Below, piece by piece: positions 13,628-16,991 of a stretch of DNA of 16,991 nucleotides (within the stretch, counting starts at the first letter, position 1; each line of letters starts with the position of its first letter). The position numbers and the translations under genes were made by a program. The notes beneath the pieces were generated by a model. It worked only from the letters and a program-made list of their open reading frames with translations, made no database searches and was not told the DNA's origin. The DNA is from a bacterium (GTDB lineage: Bacteria; Zhuqueibacterota; Zhuqueibacteria; Oceanimicrobiales; Oceanimicrobiaceae), in contig JBBIIG010000082.1 in NCBI GenBank assembly GCA_037446635.1, positions 1 through 16,991 on the forward strand, in the 5' to 3' direction.

Positions 13628-14350
13628 ATGTCAACTTTTTCGACGATCTTGCTGGTGGCGCTGGTTCTGCTTTTGGGTTTAGGAGGATACTATTATCTCG
13701 CGGAAATCGCGCCGCTCAAAGCCTCTGTGCAGGAAATGCAGCAGAAAAATCAGGAGTTGGAATTTTACGTTGAGCAATTGGAGAAGAAAAATTCGGAGCT
13801 GTCGGCGCAATTAGAGGAGAAGATCAAAGAAATCTCAACCGCCAAAGAGCAAGAAATTAGCAAGCTCAAAACTACTTATGACGAGTTGATCACCGAGATG
13901 AAAGATCAGATCGAAAAAGGCGAAGTCACCATCACGCAATTGGCCGATCAGTTGAAGGTGAACATCGTCGATCGCATCATCTTTCCTTCGGGCGAAGCCG
14001 AGCTCACCCCGGAAGGCATCAAGGTGATGGATCGAGTCGGCCAGATTTTGAAAAACACCTCGGACAAAATCATCAAAGTGCAGGGGCACACCGATAACGT
14101 CCCCATTCATCCCAATCTGCAAAAAAAGTTTCCCTCGAACTGGGAGCTGTCGGCGGCGCGCGCCATCAACGTGGTGCGCTTTCTTCATGAAAAAGTGGGC
14201 ATCGACGCCAAGCAATTGGAGGCGGCGGGCTACGGGGAGTTTCATCCCATCGCCACCAACGCCACTCCGAAAGGCCGCGCCCAGAACCGTCGCATTGAGA
14301 TTTTGCTGATTCCGCAAAAGAGCGAATCCCCGCTGGTCAAGAAAGAATAG
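13628..14350 (+). CDS. OmpA/MotB family peptidoglycan-binding membrane protein with coiled coil
   Basis: N-terminal TM helix and coiled coil, then IIFPSGEAEL, VQGHTDNVPI, SNWELSAARAINVVRFL, GYGEFHPIATN and GRAQNRRIEI. Confidence 0.93.
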   Translation: MSTFSTILLVALVLLLGLGGYYYLAEIAPLKASVQEMQQKNQELEFYVEQLEKKNSELSAQLEEKIKEISTAKEQEISKLKTTYDELITEMKDQIEKGEVTITQLADQLKVNIVDRIIFPSGEAELTPEGIKVMDRVGQILKNTSDKIIKVQGHTDNVPIHPNLQKKFPSNWELSAARAINVVRFLHEKVGIDAKQLEAAGYGEFHPIATNATPKGRAQNRRIEILLIPQKSESPLVKKE

Positions 14351-14359
14351 GGAGCGATT

Positions 14360-15361
14360 GTGGCTACCCCAATAAAGGTCGTCCAGTATGGTCTCGGACC
14401 CATTGGCGTCGCCGCCGCCAGACTGGTTTTAGAGAAAAAAAATCTGCGGTTGGTGGGCGGCATCGATATTGACCCCACCAAAGTGGGACACGATTTAGGC
14501 GATGTTTTAAATCTCCCCCAAAAATTAGGTCTGGTGGTTTCAGACGACGCCGAAAAGGTGTTGGCGCAAACCCAGCCCGACGTCGTTTTGCATTCAACGG
14601 CTTCATTTTTGAACCGCGTTGACGAGCAACTGCAGGCGTGTTGCCGCGCCAAAGCTTCGGTGGTCTCCTCCTGCGAAGAATTGTTTTATCCATTTCGCCG
14701 CGATTCCGGCTTCTGCCAGCGCATCGATGAGCTGGCGAAAAAATGTGGGGTGACCGTGATGGCCACCGGCGTCAATCCGGGGTTTTCAATGGACGTGCTG
14801 CCGCTGGCGCTGACCAGCGTCTGCACCCGCGTCGAAAAAATTTTTGCCGCCCGCATCGTCGATGCTTCGAAACGGCGGCTGCCGCTGCAAAAGAAAATCG
14901 GCGCGGGTTTGCAGCCGGAGGAGTTTCGGCAATTGGTCGCGCTGGGAAAATTGGGGCACATTGGTCTGCTGGAGTCACTGCACGCCGTGGCCGATCGACT
15001 TGAATTAACTTTGGATGAGATCCAAGAGACCATCGAACCCAAGATCGCCAGCGCGCCCGTTCACACGCCCTATTTGGAGGTCGCCGCCGGACAGGTTGCC
15101 GGCATTTTGCACGTGGCGAGGGGATTGCGCCGAGGGGAGGAAGTTATGAAACTCGAATTGCAGATGTACGTTGGCGCGGCGAACCCGCTGGATCGGGTGC
15201 GCATCGTTGGCGATCCGCCGATTGAGCTTGAGATTGCAGGAGGGATTTTTGGAGACGCCGCCACCATCGCTCGCATGATCAATGCCATTCCCGTCGTGCA
15301 TCGCGCCAGCGCCGGATTCTGCACCGCCGTGGACCTGCCGATGCCGTTTTGCATTCAATAG
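14360..15361 (+). CDS. NAD(P)H-dependent amine dehydrogenase / 2,4-diaminopentanoate dehydrogenase-like protein (DapB-like Rossmann fold)
   Basis: VVQYGLGPIG Rossmann motif, VVSSCEEL, TGVNPGFSMD, GHIGLLES and GGIFGDAAT...NAIP. GTG start after GGGAG. Confidence 0.82.
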   Translation: MATPIKVVQYGLGPIGVAAARLVLEKKNLRLVGGIDIDPTKVGHDLGDVLNLPQKLGLVVSDDAEKVLAQTQPDVVLHSTASFLNRVDEQLQACCRAKASVVSSCEELFYPFRRDSGFCQRIDELAKKCGVTVMATGVNPGFSMDVLPLALTSVCTRVEKIFAARIVDASKRRLPLQKKIGAGLQPEEFRQLVALGKLGHIGLLESLHAVADRLELTLDEIQETIEPKIASAPVHTPYLEVAAGQVAGILHVARGLRRGEEVMKLELQMYVGAANPLDRVRIVGDPPIELEIAGGIFGDAATIARMINAIPVVHRASAGFCTAVDLPMPFCIQ

Positions 15362-15391
15362 AAAAATCATTTTATCTTATTGGAGAAAATC

Positions 15392-15706
15392 GTGGGCGCC
15401 CAACTTTTCACTATCACTCTTGGGTCTTTGCTGATTATTTGGTTAATCGATTTTTTTGTGGGATGGTATGCAAAATTTTTGAAGCGCTGGCTGCCCAGCG
15501 CGAAGATGCAGGCCTTGTTGATGAGTTTGGTGTGGGTATTTTTGGCGCTGATTTTTTGGAATTCGTTGTATCATAAACACTTTCCGGAAACGTTTAGTCT
15601 CACCTATTCGCTTTTTGTTTTGTTTATTTATTCTTTGCGCGGCCTCATCGATTCGTTCGTCAGCAGGCTCAAGAACCAACGAAGCCATTTTAGTGAGTCT
15701 GAATAA
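15392..15706 (+). CDS. Small hypothetical membrane protein (about 3 TM)
   Basis: Three hydrophobic segments, filling the gap in a co-directional run. GTG 15392 follows GGAGA; the alternative start is TTG 15380. Confidence 0.65.
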   Translation: MGAQLFTITLGSLLIIWLIDFFVGWYAKFLKRWLPSAKMQALLMSLVWVFLALIFWNSLYHKHFPETFSLTYSLFVLFIYSLRGLIDSFVSRLKNQRSHFSESE

Positions 15707-15727
15707 TAGAGCAAGTTAGAGAGTTTC

Positions 15728-16991
15728 ATGGAAGTATTTCTGCAATATGTCGTGATTTTGTTTTTCGTTTTTCTCAACGGTTTTTTTGTGGCTGCGGAAT
15801 TTGCGATTGTCAAAGTTCGCGCCTCCAAAATTGATCAGCGCGTCGCCGAGGGCATGTTCCGGGCGAAGGTCGCCAAGAACATTTTAAACAACCTCGATGC
15901 CTACCTCTCCGCGTGCCAGGTGGGCATCACCCTCGCCAGTTTAGCCTTAGGCTGGATCGGCGAGCCGTTTTTGGCCAGCCAATTCCGGCCGCTTTTGCAC
16001 GGTGTCGGCGTTCAGTCTGAGGCGGTGGTGCACGGGGTGTCGTTTGCCGTGGCGTTTGGAATTATCACTTATTTGCACATCGTTGTGGGCGAGATGGCGC
16101 CGAAGTCGCTGGCCATTCGTTTGGCGGAGAAAACGACTTTGTGGACCTCGGTGCCGTTGCGAATTTTTTATCGGGCGCTCACTCCCTTCATCGAATTGTT
16201 GAACCGTTCCGCGCTGTTGTTGCTGAAGGTGGTGGGCATCCAACCTGTGAGCGAAAAAGAGCTGGCGCATTCAGAGGAAGAGCTGAAACTCATTTTTGCG
16301 CAAGCGGCGGAGAGCGGGCACGTGGGCGGCCGCGAGGTGGAAATTATGGAGAATGTGCTGGGGCTGCACAATAAAATCGCGCGTCAAATTATGATTCCGC
16401 GCACCGCGGTGGCCTACATTTCCACCACTAACACGTTTGAACAAAATCTGAAAATTGTTATCGAAAGCGAGCACACGCGGTATCCGTTGTGCAAAGGTGA
16501 TCTCGATCACGTGCTGGGGGTGGTGCATATCAAAGATGTGTTGGCGGCCACCACGCGCGACGATAAAAATTTGCGCATGATGCACATCAAACGTGATATT
16601 ATTTTCTATCCCGATACCATCACCCTCGACGTGTTGTTTCGGGAGTTTCAGCGCACCAAGCATCACATGGCGGTGCTCATCGATGAGTTCGGCGGCACCA
16701 CCGGCATCATCACGCTGGAGGACGTGCTGGAGGAAATGGTCGGCGAGATTTACGACGAATTTGACGAGCCGGAAAGTTTCATTCGCAAAGTGGGCAAGCA
16801 GGAGTATATCATCGATGGCTTGTGTCCGGTGGAATTGTGTGAAGAAAAGCTCAACCTAAAGTTTCCCGAATATGACGTCGAAACCGTTGGCGGGGTGGTG
16901 TTCAGCCTGGCTGGCCACATGCCGAAGCCGGGCGAGACACTGCCGTTCCTGCATGGGGTATTTATTGTGGAAGCCATCGACCGCCAGCGCA
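15728..16991 (+). CDS. HlyC/CorC (hemolysin family, CNNM + CBS + CorC domain) protein, runs off the right edge
   Basis: Not in the ORF track. From ATG 15728: MEVFLQYVVILFFVFLNGFFVAAEFAIVKVR...YLSACQVGITLASLALGWIGEP...HIVVGEMAPKSLAI...HSEEEL...IMIPRT...HTRYP...HMAVLIDEFGGTTGIITLEDVLEEMVGEIYDEFD...ETVGG. Confidence 0.96.
   Translation, partial: MEVFLQYVVILFFVFLNGFFVAAEFAIVKVRASKIDQRVAEGMFRAKVAKNILNNLDAYLSACQVGITLASLALGWIGEPFLASQFRPLLHGVGVQSEAVVHGVSFAVAFGIITYLHIVVGEMAPKSLAIRLAEKTTLWTSVPLRIFYRALTPFIELLNRSALLLLKVVGIQPVSEKELAHSEEELKLIFAQAAESGHVGGREVEIMENVLGLHNKIARQIMIPRTAVAYISTTNTFEQNLKIVIESEHTRYPLCKGDLDHVLGVVHIKDVLAATTRDDKNLRMMHIKRDIIFYPDTITLDVLFREFQRTKHHMAVLIDEFGGTTGIITLEDVLEEMVGEIYDEFDEPESFIRKVGKQEYIIDGLCPVELCEEKLNLKFPEYDVETVGGVVFSLAGHMPKPGETLPFLHGVFIVEAIDRQR

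Noticed and set aside
15947..16977. Several short ORFs listed at the right end
   Set aside because: All overlap the long HlyC/CorC frame starting at 15728, which the track missed because it has no stop within the window.

Overview
A bacterial chromosomal window of mostly housekeeping and accessory genes, with moderately GC-rich coding DNA and AT-rich spacers. The gene set and repeat style suggest an FCB-group lineage such as KSB1 or Calditrichota, but that is inference only. Minus-strand genes, left to right: a partial AsmA/TamB-like protein missed by the ORF track, uppS, mog/moaB, an unknown lipoprotein, a sulfotransferase, an AEC transporter, PhzF, an LPG-synthase-TM flippase-like protein, a divergent YchF and a lipoprotein cyclophilin. 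Plus-strand genes: EamA, pepD, a GlsB/YeaQ protein, TrmH, an OmpA/MotB protein, an amine-dehydrogenase-like protein, a small membrane protein and a partial HlyC/CorC. The most striking signal is non-coding: most of the longer intergenic gaps hold a short palindromic or periodic element, from at least seven sequence families, and these elements visibly alter genes. A 23-nt double mini-hairpin frameshifts a GNAT acetyltransferase. A heptamer palindrome sits where a probable PemK/MazF toxin gene breaks off behind a decayed RHH antitoxin. A half-element forms the C-terminal tail of TrmH. I saw no transposase, integrase, CRISPR array, tRNA or rRNA.
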